Origin: Polyangia bacterium
Lineage (GTDB): Bacteria > Myxococcota_A > Polyangia > Fen-1088
Length of the DNA stretch: 49,142 nt
Reading direction: 5' to 3'
Assembly (NCBI GenBank): GCA_035696485.1
Contig: DASRQT010000158.1
Coordinates: 1 to 49,142 of the forward strand
The notes below the pieces were generated by a model. It did no database searches. It was not told where the DNA came from and saw only the letters and a list, made by a program, of their open reading frames with translations. The translations under genes and the position numbers were made by a program. Positions 8,698 through 17,002 of this stretch are shown here, in pieces (positions within the stretch are counted from its first letter, which is position 1; the number at the start of each line of letters is the position of its first letter).

Positions 8698-9804
8698 CTA
8701 CTTACGACTTACCGCCGCGGGCTGGCGCCGGCGCGCGGACAGCCAGAGTCCAACCGCGAAGGTTCCGAGCCCCAGCAGCGTCGCGCCGCCGCCCACAGGA
8801 ACCGCGCAACCACAGCCTCCCTTGGTGCCGCCAAGGCCGGCGCCGGCATCGGCACCGCCCCCCGACGATCCGCCGCGGCCACCGCTGCCGTTGCGTCCGC
8901 CGGTCCCACCGACTGTCCCGGCTGTGCCGCCGGTGCCGGTACCGCCGCTGCCGAACGTGCCGGTCTTGCAGCCCGACGCCATCCCGAACTCCGGGTCGCC
9001 GCCCTTGCTAATGTACGCGATGATTCCCGAGAGCGCCGTTTGCAGCGTCATGCCGTCGGTGGCCGAATAGTACTTGGTCGCGCCGGTCTTGTTGGGCTCG
9101 CGTCCCAGCTCAGCGGCCTTGTTCAGGGTGTCGGGATTGAACGGCCGCCCGACACAGGTGCTCATCCCCTCGAACCCGATGACGAAGGTGTGAATCCCTT
9201 TCTGCGCCATCTGGTCGATGGCGTTGAACATGCGCGTGGGATTCTGGCATTCACAGCGTCCCATCCCGTTGCACGGGATCCCCACTCCGCCGCCCATGCA
9301 CCCGTTGGTGTCGTTGAGCATGTTGTCGCCGTCGTCGCAGGTCGGCTGCCCGTCGGTGATCAGGATGGCGTAGTGGGCGTGGTTGGCCGTCCACCCCTGG
9401 TACGCCAGCACCGCCTCCATCGTGCTGCCGGTCGGCGTCCCGCCGTTGCTGCGCAGCTGCGTGTCCAGGTAGTTGATGATCTGCGGCGCGCCTCCCGCCG
9501 AGACGTCGATGACCTTCCGCCCGGTCGCGCAGCTGGCGTTGGCCCCGGCGCCCGAATCATTCGGGAAGACGAACAGACCCATAGGAACGCTGGAGAAACC
9601 CTGGATGATCGTGCGCAGCGCGTTCTTGGCCAGCGCCTCCTTGGTCATCCCGTTGATCGAACAGGTGCGCATGGAGCCCGACCGATCGAGGACGATCAGA
9701 ATGTCACCGCAGCCTTCAGTGGCCGCGTCCTGGGCGCGAGCCAGACCGCCGGAGGCCAGGGCCACGGTAACAACAACCCACAGGTGGACAAGATGTTTGG
9801 TCAT
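8698..9804 (-). CDS. secreted vWA-domain protein with Gly-rich linker and MYXO-CTERM-like sorting tail
   Basis: It has a signal peptide and the MIDAS motif LIVLDRSGSM. The C-terminus is ...GGTKGGCGCAVPVGGGATLLGLGTFAVGLWLSARRRQ: a Cys motif, then a hydrophobic helix, then a basic cluster. Confidence 0.85.
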   Translation of the reverse strand: MTKHLVHLWVVVTVALASGGLARAQDAATEGCGDILIVLDRSGSMRTCSINGMTKEALAKNALRTIIQGFSSVPMGLFVFPNDSGAGANASCATGRKVIDVSAGGAPQIINYLDTQLRSNGGTPTGSTMEAVLAYQGWTANHAHYAILITDGQPTCDDGDNMLNDTNGCMGGGVGIPCNGMGRCECQNPTRMFNAIDQMAQKGIHTFVIGFEGMSTCVGRPFNPDTLNKAAELGREPNKTGATKYYSATDGMTLQTALSGIIAYISKGGDPEFGMASGCKTGTFGSGGTGTGGTAGTVGGTGGRNGSGGRGGSSGGGADAGAGLGGTKGGCGCAVPVGGGATLLGLGTFAVGLWLSARRRQPAAVSRK

Positions 9805-9923
9805 GACGGTGTCTCCCGTAACCTGAGTACCGCAGCCCAGCCGGCCGAGGTCAACCCCTTATTGAATATGGGTTAATACCACATATGTCGTACCAGCCCA
9901 TGGGGGCTCATTTACCAGGCTCG

Positions 9924-11069
9924 TTACCAAGCCACCTTGGGAAACGTCCGCTCCGGCCGCGCGAACAGGTACCCCTGCAGCAGGTCGCAGCCGAGATCCA
10001 CGATCACGTCGCGTTCTTCGATGCACTCGATGCCCTCGATCACGACCAGAATCTTCAGCTCGGCGCACAGGCGCGCCAGCGATCGAATCATCTTCTGCTT
10101 GGTCGGCTCCTTGTGCACGTCGCGCACCAGGGACATGTCTATCTTGACGATGTCGGGCTCGAGGTGGGCGAAGCTGGTGAGCCCCGCGTACCCTGCCCCC
10201 AGATCGTCGATGGCCACGCGATAACCCAGCGCCCGCAGCGCCGCCACACGCCGCCGCACGTCCTTGATGTCGTCCAGCGCGGCCCGTTCCGTAATCTCCA
10301 GAACCACCCGCCGCGCAAAGCCGGACAGGGCGGCATCCGCCGACAAGAGGCCGTCGTCCAGGAGATCGCGCGTGTGCAGGTTCACGAACATCGTGACGTC
10401 GTCGCTGGTCTCGCCCAGCAGATTCGCCACCCGCCCGCGGATCGCGCGTCCCAGATCGTGCAGCCGGAACAGCCGCTCGGCCGCTTCCAGCAACGCCCCC
10501 GGGTGCGGTAGTGACTGTTCGTCGCTGCGCACCAGCGCCTCGTAGCCGAAGATCGAGCGCGTTGACCACGAGACGATCGGTTGATACGCCATCCACATCG
10601 AACGCAGCGCGCGGGCAAAGCCGGCGTCAAGACCGGCCAGATCACCGATCTGCTTGCCGTCGTCGCCCAGATACTCCAGCGCCTGCCGCTTGATGCGCGC
10701 GACCTTGTGCAGGTGAATCGCGCGCGCGGCCGTGTCGGTGAGCATCTTGGCGTCGACGGGTTTTGACAGATACCGGAGGGCGCCGTACTCGACCGCCTGA
10801 GCCGCGCTCTCGAACACCGGGTTGGCGGTCACCAGCACCACCGGGATGTCGAGGTTCCGTTCCCGCACCGCGCGCAGAAGCTCGATGCCGGTCATTCGCG
10901 GCATCGAGATGTCGCTGATGATCAGATCGAAGTCCTTGGTCTCGAACAGCTCGATTGCGGTCTGACCGTCCTGCGCGGTCTCCACGTCATAGCCGGCTGA
11001 GTTCAGTACGCGCGAGAAGATACGCAGCAACGCTTCTTCGTCGTCTACCAGAAGGATTCGGTCACGCAT
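9924..11069 (-). CDS. response regulator receiver + EAL domain (c-di-GMP phosphodiesterase)
   Basis: The N-terminal REC domain reads ILLVDDEE...DLIISDISMP. EAL motifs are present (YEALVR, AIDDLGAGYAG, KIDMSLVRD, QGYLFARP). Confidence 0.9.
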   Translation of the reverse strand: MRDRILLVDDEEALLRIFSRVLNSAGYDVETAQDGQTAIELFETKDFDLIISDISMPRMTGIELLRAVRERNLDIPVVLVTANPVFESAAQAVEYGALRYLSKPVDAKMLTDTAARAIHLHKVARIKRQALEYLGDDGKQIGDLAGLDAGFARALRSMWMAYQPIVSWSTRSIFGYEALVRSDEQSLPHPGALLEAAERLFRLHDLGRAIRGRVANLLGETSDDVTMFVNLHTRDLLDDGLLSADAALSGFARRVVLEITERAALDDIKDVRRRVAALRALGYRVAIDDLGAGYAGLTSFAHLEPDIVKIDMSLVRDVHKEPTKQKMIRSLARLCAELKILVVIEGIECIEERDVIVDLGCDLLQGYLFARPERTFPKVAW

Positions 11070-11116
11070 GGCCTGCCCGGGGCCATCGTAGACGGTATTG
11101 CCCGCTACGTCGACGG

Positions 11117-11539
11117 CTAGGTCGACGAGGCGGCGCGGCGGCCGGGACGGTCGGGATCGGTCCCGCCGCCACCGTTACCATCGCCAAGGCACTCACGAAC
11201 CGCGGAGAAGATCATGTCCAGCGTGAACGGCTTGGAGATGAACTTGTGGGCGCCGTTCGGCTTGTCGCTGGTCACCGCGCTCAAAACAATTACCGGAATC
11301 GCCGCCAGCGACGGATCCGTGCGCATGCGCTGCAACACCTCCCAGCCCGACACCAGGGGCATCATCAGGTCCAAAATGACCAGGTCGGCGCGCGCCGGCT
11401 GATTCATCGTGAGAAAATCAATCGCCTGCTTGCCGTTGCCGGCGGGGACGACGTCGTAGCCCTCGCGTTCGAGCACGTCCTGCAAGATGTCGCGGATGTC
11501 GAGGTCGTCCTCCACCAGCAACACCGTACTCACGCCCAT
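11117..11539 (-). CDS. single-domain response regulator (receiver)
   Basis: The REC pattern is VLLVEDDLDIRD...LVILDLMMP...KP. I place the start at the ATG at 11539, which has GGAAGGGG upstream. The track's TTG at 11557 is less likely. Confidence 0.85.
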   Translation of the reverse strand: MGVSTVLLVEDDLDIRDILQDVLEREGYDVVPAGNGKQAIDFLTMNQPARADLVILDLMMPLVSGWEVLQRMRTDPSLAAIPVIVLSAVTSDKPNGAHKFISKPFTLDMIFSAVRECLGDGNGGGGTDPDRPGRRAASST

Positions 11540-11683
11540 CGGACAATCCCCTTCCAACCGATCCCCTTCCGCCCGTCACCCCCCCCTTTTGCCGCGGACT
11601 GCAAGTCGCATCTAGGTTGGTCTATTGAACGACAATTATCAAGAGGGACGGCGTGTTAACGTCGTACGCTCCGGTCAGCCGCG

Positions 11684-13480
11684 ATGAGCCTGCACTCGAG
11701 ATATACAATCGTTCGCAAGATTGCGGACGGAGGAACGGCCGAAATTTTCCTGGCCAAGCAGCACGGCGCTCAGGGATTCGAGAAGGTCGTGGTGCTCAAG
11801 CGGATCTTCCCGTCGTTTTACGCCGACCCCCAGTTTCGCCACATGCTGGTCGACGAGGCTCACATCGCGATGAGCCTGAATCACAGCAATATCGTCCAGG
11901 TATTCGACCTGGGCGAAGCCGAAGGCCGCTATTTCCTGGCGCTGGAACTCGTCGACGGATGGACGCTGGATGGGGTCCTGCGACGCGCGAAAATCGCTGG
12001 AATCCCGTTTCCTCCACCGTTGGCCCTTTACGTCACAGCCGAAGTTTGTCGGGCTCTGGCTTACGCCCACGGGAAGGCGCGTGAGGGTACGCCACTCGGC
12101 ATCGTTCACCGCGACGTCAGCCCTCACAACATCCTCGTCAGCGAGCAGGGTGAGGTCAAACTGACCGACTTCGGCATCGCCAAGGCTCAGAACAAGCGCG
12201 AACAGACGCTGGGCAGCGTGATCAAGGGAAAGATTGCGTTCATGTCGCCCGAGCAGGCGTCTGGCACGGAGCTCGACGCGCGTTCCGATCTCTTCTCGCT
12301 GGGGACGATGCTGTACGTGATGATCACGCGTCGCTATCCGTTCGACGCGCCGACCGATTTCGAGACGCTGATGCAGGTGCGCAGCGGTGATTTTTTGCCG
12401 CCCGAGACAGCGCGACCGGGATTGAACCCGGAGTTGTACCGGGTGATCCGCAAGGCAATGGGAAAGATCGCCGGCGATCGCTATCAAAAAGCCGAAGAGA
12501 TGCTGGTCGACGTCGAGCAGGTCATGCGGCTGGCATTCCGGCCGGTGGGCCAGACAGAGCTGATGCGATGGTTGGCCGAGCTGGCAGAGAAAGACGGGGC
12601 CGTGCCGCTGACGCGCGACACATCGGCGCCGCTGACGCCAAACGCGACCGGCGAATCGGGGATCGTTCTCGACATACACGATGCCGAGGTGGTCACGCCC
12701 GTGGGCGAGGGTCCGGAGGTCGTCGCGCCGATGGAGGGGCAAGGGCGGTTGCGGCCGCCCCCCTTGCCGTCAGCGAACGCCGGCGGGCAAGCCGATGCGC
12801 AATCCACCGACGTTGTCCTGAAACCGCGGCGGCGGTGGGCGCTCGTCGGCGGCGGGCTGGCGCTGGCGGTGCTGGGCCTGGTGGGTTGGTTCGCGATCGT
12901 GAAACCTGCTCGCAAGGCAGAGCCCCCGTCGCAGTCGCCCCGAGCGCAGAACCCAACCCAGGCCGCGGCAGTAGTCGACGCGCCGGCAGCAGCCGCGTCG
13001 CCCGCGGCGCAGCACGGCCCGGACGTCACAGGGCAGCCGCCCACGCCGACGGAAATCGCCGCCGCGACCACCGACGCCGCGCCGGTTCCGATCGCAGCCG
13101 CGCAGGACAAACCTGCGGCCGCCGCGCAAGATGGCGCCGGCGCCGTCCAGCCCGCGGGCAAACCGCTGGCTAAAAACCAGGTGGCGGTGACCGTCAACAG
13201 TGAGCCGGACGGGGCCAAGGTGCTGATGCACCGTGAAGAGATCGGCACCACCCCGCTGATATTGAGACTGAAACGCGGCAGCGCCTACCAGCTCACCTTC
13301 ACCAAGACCGGCTACGTCTCCGCGTCGAAAAAGGGGCGCGTCGCGAACCGCGCTTTGAACCTCAAAGCGACACTGAAAAAATCGCCGCCGCCGAAAAAAT
13401 CCACGGCGTCAGCCTCCAAGACCAACCGGCACAGCAGTAAACCCAGCGGCGCCAGGCGCGGCGGCCTGTTCTCACGGTAA
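11684..13480 (+). CDS. Ser/Thr protein kinase with TM segment and C-terminal PEGA domain
   Basis: Hanks kinase motifs are present (GGTAEIFLAK, HRDVSPHNIL, DFGIAK, SPEQ). There is a TM segment (WALVGGGLALAVLGLVGWFAIV). The PEGA-like region is VTVNSEPDGAKVLMHREEIGTTPL. Confidence 0.9.
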   Translation: MSLHSRYTIVRKIADGGTAEIFLAKQHGAQGFEKVVVLKRIFPSFYADPQFRHMLVDEAHIAMSLNHSNIVQVFDLGEAEGRYFLALELVDGWTLDGVLRRAKIAGIPFPPPLALYVTAEVCRALAYAHGKAREGTPLGIVHRDVSPHNILVSEQGEVKLTDFGIAKAQNKREQTLGSVIKGKIAFMSPEQASGTELDARSDLFSLGTMLYVMITRRYPFDAPTDFETLMQVRSGDFLPPETARPGLNPELYRVIRKAMGKIAGDRYQKAEEMLVDVEQVMRLAFRPVGQTELMRWLAELAEKDGAVPLTRDTSAPLTPNATGESGIVLDIHDAEVVTPVGEGPEVVAPMEGQGRLRPPPLPSANAGGQADAQSTDVVLKPRRRWALVGGGLALAVLGLVGWFAIVKPARKAEPPSQSPRAQNPTQAAAVVDAPAAAASPAAQHGPDVTGQPPTPTEIAAATTDAAPVPIAAAQDKPAAAAQDGAGAVQPAGKPLAKNQVAVTVNSEPDGAKVLMHREEIGTTPLILRLKRGSAYQLTFTKTGYVSASKKGRVANRALNLKATLKKSPPPKKSTASASKTNRHSSKPSGARRGGLFSR

Positions 13481-13484
13481 GCGC

Positions 13485-13853
13485 CTACGACAAGACGCTC
13501 TGGACCATCTCCGAGACCAGCTCGGTCCCGGCCATGATCGACAACAGCCGCCGCAGCTCCTCGTGATCGATGAAGCAGTGGACGACGCCCAGAGAAGAAG
13601 GTGGTGCGACGTGCGTGCTGCGGACCTCGACACGCTCGGCCGCATCGAGGGAGCGGCTCACTGTCCGAGAATTTCCCGTCTTCAGCATGAGTCCTCCTAC
13701 ATCAGAGATGCGAGACGTATATTCCAAGCTCATGCCAAGCCGGCGGACCGGGGTAACCTCAGCCAAATCGAGGAATCCCAGGGCCTTGAAATCTGACGCC
13801 GCGCGCGCATGTTCTCGGACCGTAACCTCCGATGACACTCCGGTAACAGACAA
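13485..13853 (-). CDS. hypothetical protein (start uncertain, TTG in track)
   Basis: Its amino-acid composition is balanced, unlike the Arg/Ser/Thr-rich alternative frames. It sits 18 nt downstream of the receiver gene. Local GC content is lower, and I recognise no motif. Confidence 0.4.
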   Translation of the reverse strand: MSVTGVSSEVTVREHARAASDFKALGFLDLAEVTPVRRLGMSLEYTSRISDVGGLMLKTGNSRTVSRSLDAAERVEVRSTHVAPPSSLGVVHCFIDHEELRRLLSIMAGTELVSEMVQSVLS

Positions 13854-13871
13854 TCGGCCCGCCGCCGCGGG

Positions 13872-14282
13872 CTAACCTGCCGGAGCCGCGGGCGGCCCCG
13901 CGTCCAAGACCTGAGCTCGCCGCAACGCGAGCTCGATGATCGTGCCCAGGTGGTCCAGATCGGACGGTTTGATCAGAAGCGCGCTGGCGCCCGCTGCCTT
14001 CATCGTCGCCTCTGGATCATCGGTCGGCGCGGCCGTCAAGAGAACGCCGACCAGGGTCGGATTCGCCTCGCGTGCCCGTTTAATCAGGTCGACGCCATCC
14101 ATGTCGGGCATCTGCAGATCGGACAGCAGCAGATCGATCTGAAACGTCTTCAGCATCTTCAGCGCGGCAAACCCGTCCGCGGCCGTGATGACCGTGTAGT
14201 CGTCAGCGGTCAGCAGCTCACGGACCAGCTCGCGAAGGTCCGGATCGTCGTCGACGAGCAAGATGCATGTCCCCGGATGCAT
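13872..14282 (-). CDS. single-domain response regulator (receiver)
   Basis: The REC pattern is ILLVDDDPDLREL...DLLLSDLQMPDMDG...KP. Confidence 0.9.
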   Translation of the reverse strand: MHPGTCILLVDDDPDLRELVRELLTADDYTVITAADGFAALKMLKTFQIDLLLSDLQMPDMDGVDLIKRAREANPTLVGVLLTAAPTDDPEATMKAAGASALLIKPSDLDHLGTIIELALRRAQVLDAGPPAAPAG

Positions 14283-14467
14283 AGTTGGCTCTACGGTGAT
14301 GCAACGTGCGCACCAGTATCCAGATACCCTAATTCCCCCGACAAGTCGGTCGATGTAGGCGCAAGGCAGTCACACTCTTGTAACCCCCGCCCGGCGTTCT
14401 GGTTACCTGCGCTGGCTGTGGCAGCGTCGCTGGCGCAGTGCTGCCTGAAAAACCGCCGCGAAGAGCG

Positions 14468-14483
14468 TGGCACGCGTCTTGAT
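14468..14483 (+). promoter_or_regulatory. candidate sigma-54 (-24/-12) promoter, TGGCACGCGTCTTGAT
   Basis: The motif is TGGCAC-N5-TTGA, with correct spacing against the consensus TGGCAC-N5-TTGC. It lies in the intergenic region 143 nt upstream of the CBS gene ATG. The -12 GC is GA here. Confidence 0.3.
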
Positions 14484-14625
14484 TACATACTTGGCAGGCG
14501 TGGGAGCAAAGGACCTGCACCTGGAGGCCGTGCGGCGGGGGTTTTTGGTGAAGGGCGTCGAGGGCGTCGCACGGGGCCTCCGTTTTTCCTGAGGATGTGA
14601 CGATAACCATTCAGGAGCGTGACGC

Positions 14626-15147
14626 ATGGACCTCATGTCGGAAGTTGGGTCTTGCTGTGTTGCCGAGGTGATGGGAACTGAGCTCTACACGCTTACCCCT
14701 GACACCGTCGTCGCATCGGCACAGCGGTTGGCTCTGGCCAACGACATCAATCACCTGCTGGTCCTGGATAACGGATCGCTGGCCGGCATCGTCTGTCGCG
14801 ACGATCTGCGGGCGGCATCGCGTGATGCCCTGGTTGGGGAGTGCATGACCTCCCCGGTGCTGTGCATCGGACCCGACACCACGCTTCAGGAGGCGGTCGA
14901 CATCATGGCCGAGAACGACGTGAGCTGTTTGCCGGTTGTGACCGGCGCGTTTCTGGTCGGCATCGTCACGCGTGAGGCGCTGGCGACCGCCGGCCTGACC
15001 GACGACGAATCGCCCGAACCGCAAAGCTGCGTGGCCTGTCATTCGGAGGAAAACGTCCGCCGGGATCCGCGCGCCGGAGGCCTTCCGCTCTGCGCCGACT
15101 GCCTCGGCCGCACGACGCCGAACCTGTTCGCTGGCCTGGCTGATTAG
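14626..15147 (+). CDS. CBS-pair domain protein with C-terminal Cys-rich (zinc-ribbon-like) tail
   Basis: AGGAG lies 8 nt upstream of the ATG. Two CBS-like repeats are present (HLLVLDNGSLAGIV; CLPVVTGAFLVGIVT). The tail reads CVACH...LCADC. Confidence 0.85.
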   Translation: MDLMSEVGSCCVAEVMGTELYTLTPDTVVASAQRLALANDINHLLVLDNGSLAGIVCRDDLRAASRDALVGECMTSPVLCIGPDTTLQEAVDIMAENDVSCLPVVTGAFLVGIVTREALATAGLTDDESPEPQSCVACHSEENVRRDPRAGGLPLCADCLGRTTPNLFAGLAD

Positions 15148-15199
15148 CCGAGTGACCTCTCGCGCGTACGCGCGGCCGGTGGGCTAGACTGCCGCCGCG

Positions 15200-16993
15200 A
15201 TGGAACCGATCAGTCGGGCCGGCCTCAAGCTGGAGGCGGCGCTGCAGCGGTTCGGGTTGGTCGATCGTATTCGTGGGGCGGCCGCCGTCGATGTCGGCTC
15301 GTCGACGGGCGGATTCACAGCCTGTCTGTTGCAGCACGGGGCCGCGCGCGTCACCGCCGTCGATGTCGGGCACAAACAACTGCACGAATCACTGCGCCGC
15401 GATTCGCGCGTCGAGAGCGTCGAGGGAACCGACTGGAAGACGCTGCCGCTGGCCCAGTTGCCGGGGCCGTTTGATTTCTTCACCGTCGACGTCAGCTTTG
15501 TCGCCGCGCGCAGCATGTTGCGCAGCCTGGCTTTTCGCCTGCGCGATGGCGCCGAGGGCGTGGTTCTCGTCAAACCACAGTTCGAGCTGCCCGACAGCCA
15601 GGTGCGCGGCGGCAAGGTCGACGATCCCAATCTGCGCCGACTGGCGATCGACCGGTTTACCTCCAAGGCTGTCGCGCTGGGGTTCGAGGCGGTGGCCGTC
15701 GCCGATTCGCCGGTCACCGGCGGCAGCGGCACCGTCGAGATGCTGGCCCATCTGCGCTTCGCCGGCCGCTCCGCGGTTCTACCGCAGCCGGGTGAACGAC
15801 GTCCGGCGCGGCCCACACGCGCCGGCAAGCCGGTAGTGGCGGACACGCTGCGCTGGTTTGCGGTCAGTGCGCCCGGTCTGGAAGAGGTGACGGAGGCCGA
15901 GGTCGCGCGGATCCCCGGCGTCACCAAGGTACAGCGCCTGGACGGCGGCGTGGAATGGTCGGGGCCGCTGCAGGTCGGGCTGCGCGCGAACCTGTGGCTG
16001 CGATCGGCGACGCGGGTGGTGGCGCGCGTCGGCGAGGTGCGCGCGCGCGAGTTCGGCAAGATGCGACGCCTCCTGGCGGGACTGCCCTGGGAGCTGTTCA
16101 TCGCTGCGGGGTCGACGGTCAAGGTCAGCGCGACGACGTCGCGCTGTCGCCTCTATCACACGGGCGCGCTGGCGGAGACCATCCTGCTGGCCGTCGACGA
16201 CAGGATCAAACCGAAGCGAAGCCAGCCGGCGGCGGCGGCGACATCTGACACAACAATCGCGACCGTGCTGGTTCGCGGCATCGAGGACGCCTTCACGATC
16301 AGCGTCGATTCTTCGGGTGAACGGCTGCACAGGCGCGGCTGGCGGCTGGAGACGGCCGTGGCGCCCCTGCGCGAAACCCTGGCGGTTGGTCTCCTGGCGC
16401 TGTGTGAATGGAACGAATCGATGGCGCTGTGCGATCCGATGTGCGGCGCGGGCACGATTCCGCTGGAGGCGTGCGCGTGGGGTTTGAACGTGGCGCCCGG
16501 ATTGCGGCGGAGCTTTGGCTTCGAAGCCTGGCCTCTGTTCCGCGACACCGCCACAACAGCCGGTGGCGACGTCTGGCAACGGCTGCGCGGTGAGGCGCAA
16601 GTCGCCATCCGCGCCCAGCTCCCCGCCCCCATAAGCGGGTCTGACCGCAACCCCGAGGCCATCGCCAGCGCGCAACACAACGCCCAGCGCGCCGGGTTTG
16701 AGTCGCACCTGCAACTACGCTGCGCGGACATCGGCGACGCTCGTCCGACGGCGCCGCACGGGCTAGTGTTGCTGAATCCCCCCTACGGACGGCGGCTGGG
16801 GAACGAACGAACGCTCGGCCGCCTCTACCGCGACATCGGGCGGGCCCTGCGCGCACATTTTCGGGGCTGGCGCGCCGGCCTGGTGGTGGCAAACCGCGCC
16901 ACGGCCGACGCGATCGGGATGCCGGTCACAGCCTCGCACCGCCTGACCAACGGGGGCATTCCGATCACGCTGTTGCGGTACAACATCCAGTAG
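15200..16993 (+). CDS. fusion protein: TlyA-like (FtsJ-type) RNA methyltransferase + THUMP-domain class I SAM-dependent methyltransferase (RlmL/COG0116-like)
   Basis: The N-terminal ~190 aa match TlyA features (SRAGLKLEAAL...VDVGSSTGGFTACLLQHGAARVTAVDVGHKQLH...VKPQFE). The C-terminal ~380 aa carry RlmL-type features (APLRETLAVGLL, DPMCGAGTIPLEA, LLNPPYGRRLG). Confidence 0.85.
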   Translation: MEPISRAGLKLEAALQRFGLVDRIRGAAAVDVGSSTGGFTACLLQHGAARVTAVDVGHKQLHESLRRDSRVESVEGTDWKTLPLAQLPGPFDFFTVDVSFVAARSMLRSLAFRLRDGAEGVVLVKPQFELPDSQVRGGKVDDPNLRRLAIDRFTSKAVALGFEAVAVADSPVTGGSGTVEMLAHLRFAGRSAVLPQPGERRPARPTRAGKPVVADTLRWFAVSAPGLEEVTEAEVARIPGVTKVQRLDGGVEWSGPLQVGLRANLWLRSATRVVARVGEVRAREFGKMRRLLAGLPWELFIAAGSTVKVSATTSRCRLYHTGALAETILLAVDDRIKPKRSQPAAAATSDTTIATVLVRGIEDAFTISVDSSGERLHRRGWRLETAVAPLRETLAVGLLALCEWNESMALCDPMCGAGTIPLEACAWGLNVAPGLRRSFGFEAWPLFRDTATTAGGDVWQRLRGEAQVAIRAQLPAPISGSDRNPEAIASAQHNAQRAGFESHLQLRCADIGDARPTAPHGLVLLNPPYGRRLGNERTLGRLYRDIGRALRAHFRGWRAGLVVANRATADAIGMPVTASHRLTNGGIPITLLRYNIQ

Positions 16994-17002
16994 GATGTCG
17001 TC

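Noticed and set aside
14490-14587. Possible c-di-GMP-I (GEMM-I) riboswitch, because of GGGAGCAAAGG and the c-di-GMP-rich gene context
   Set aside because: Only one GCAAA-type element is present. The two-hairpin tetraloop/receptor layout of GEMM-I cannot be drawn. I kept it only as an unexplained hairpin with T-run.
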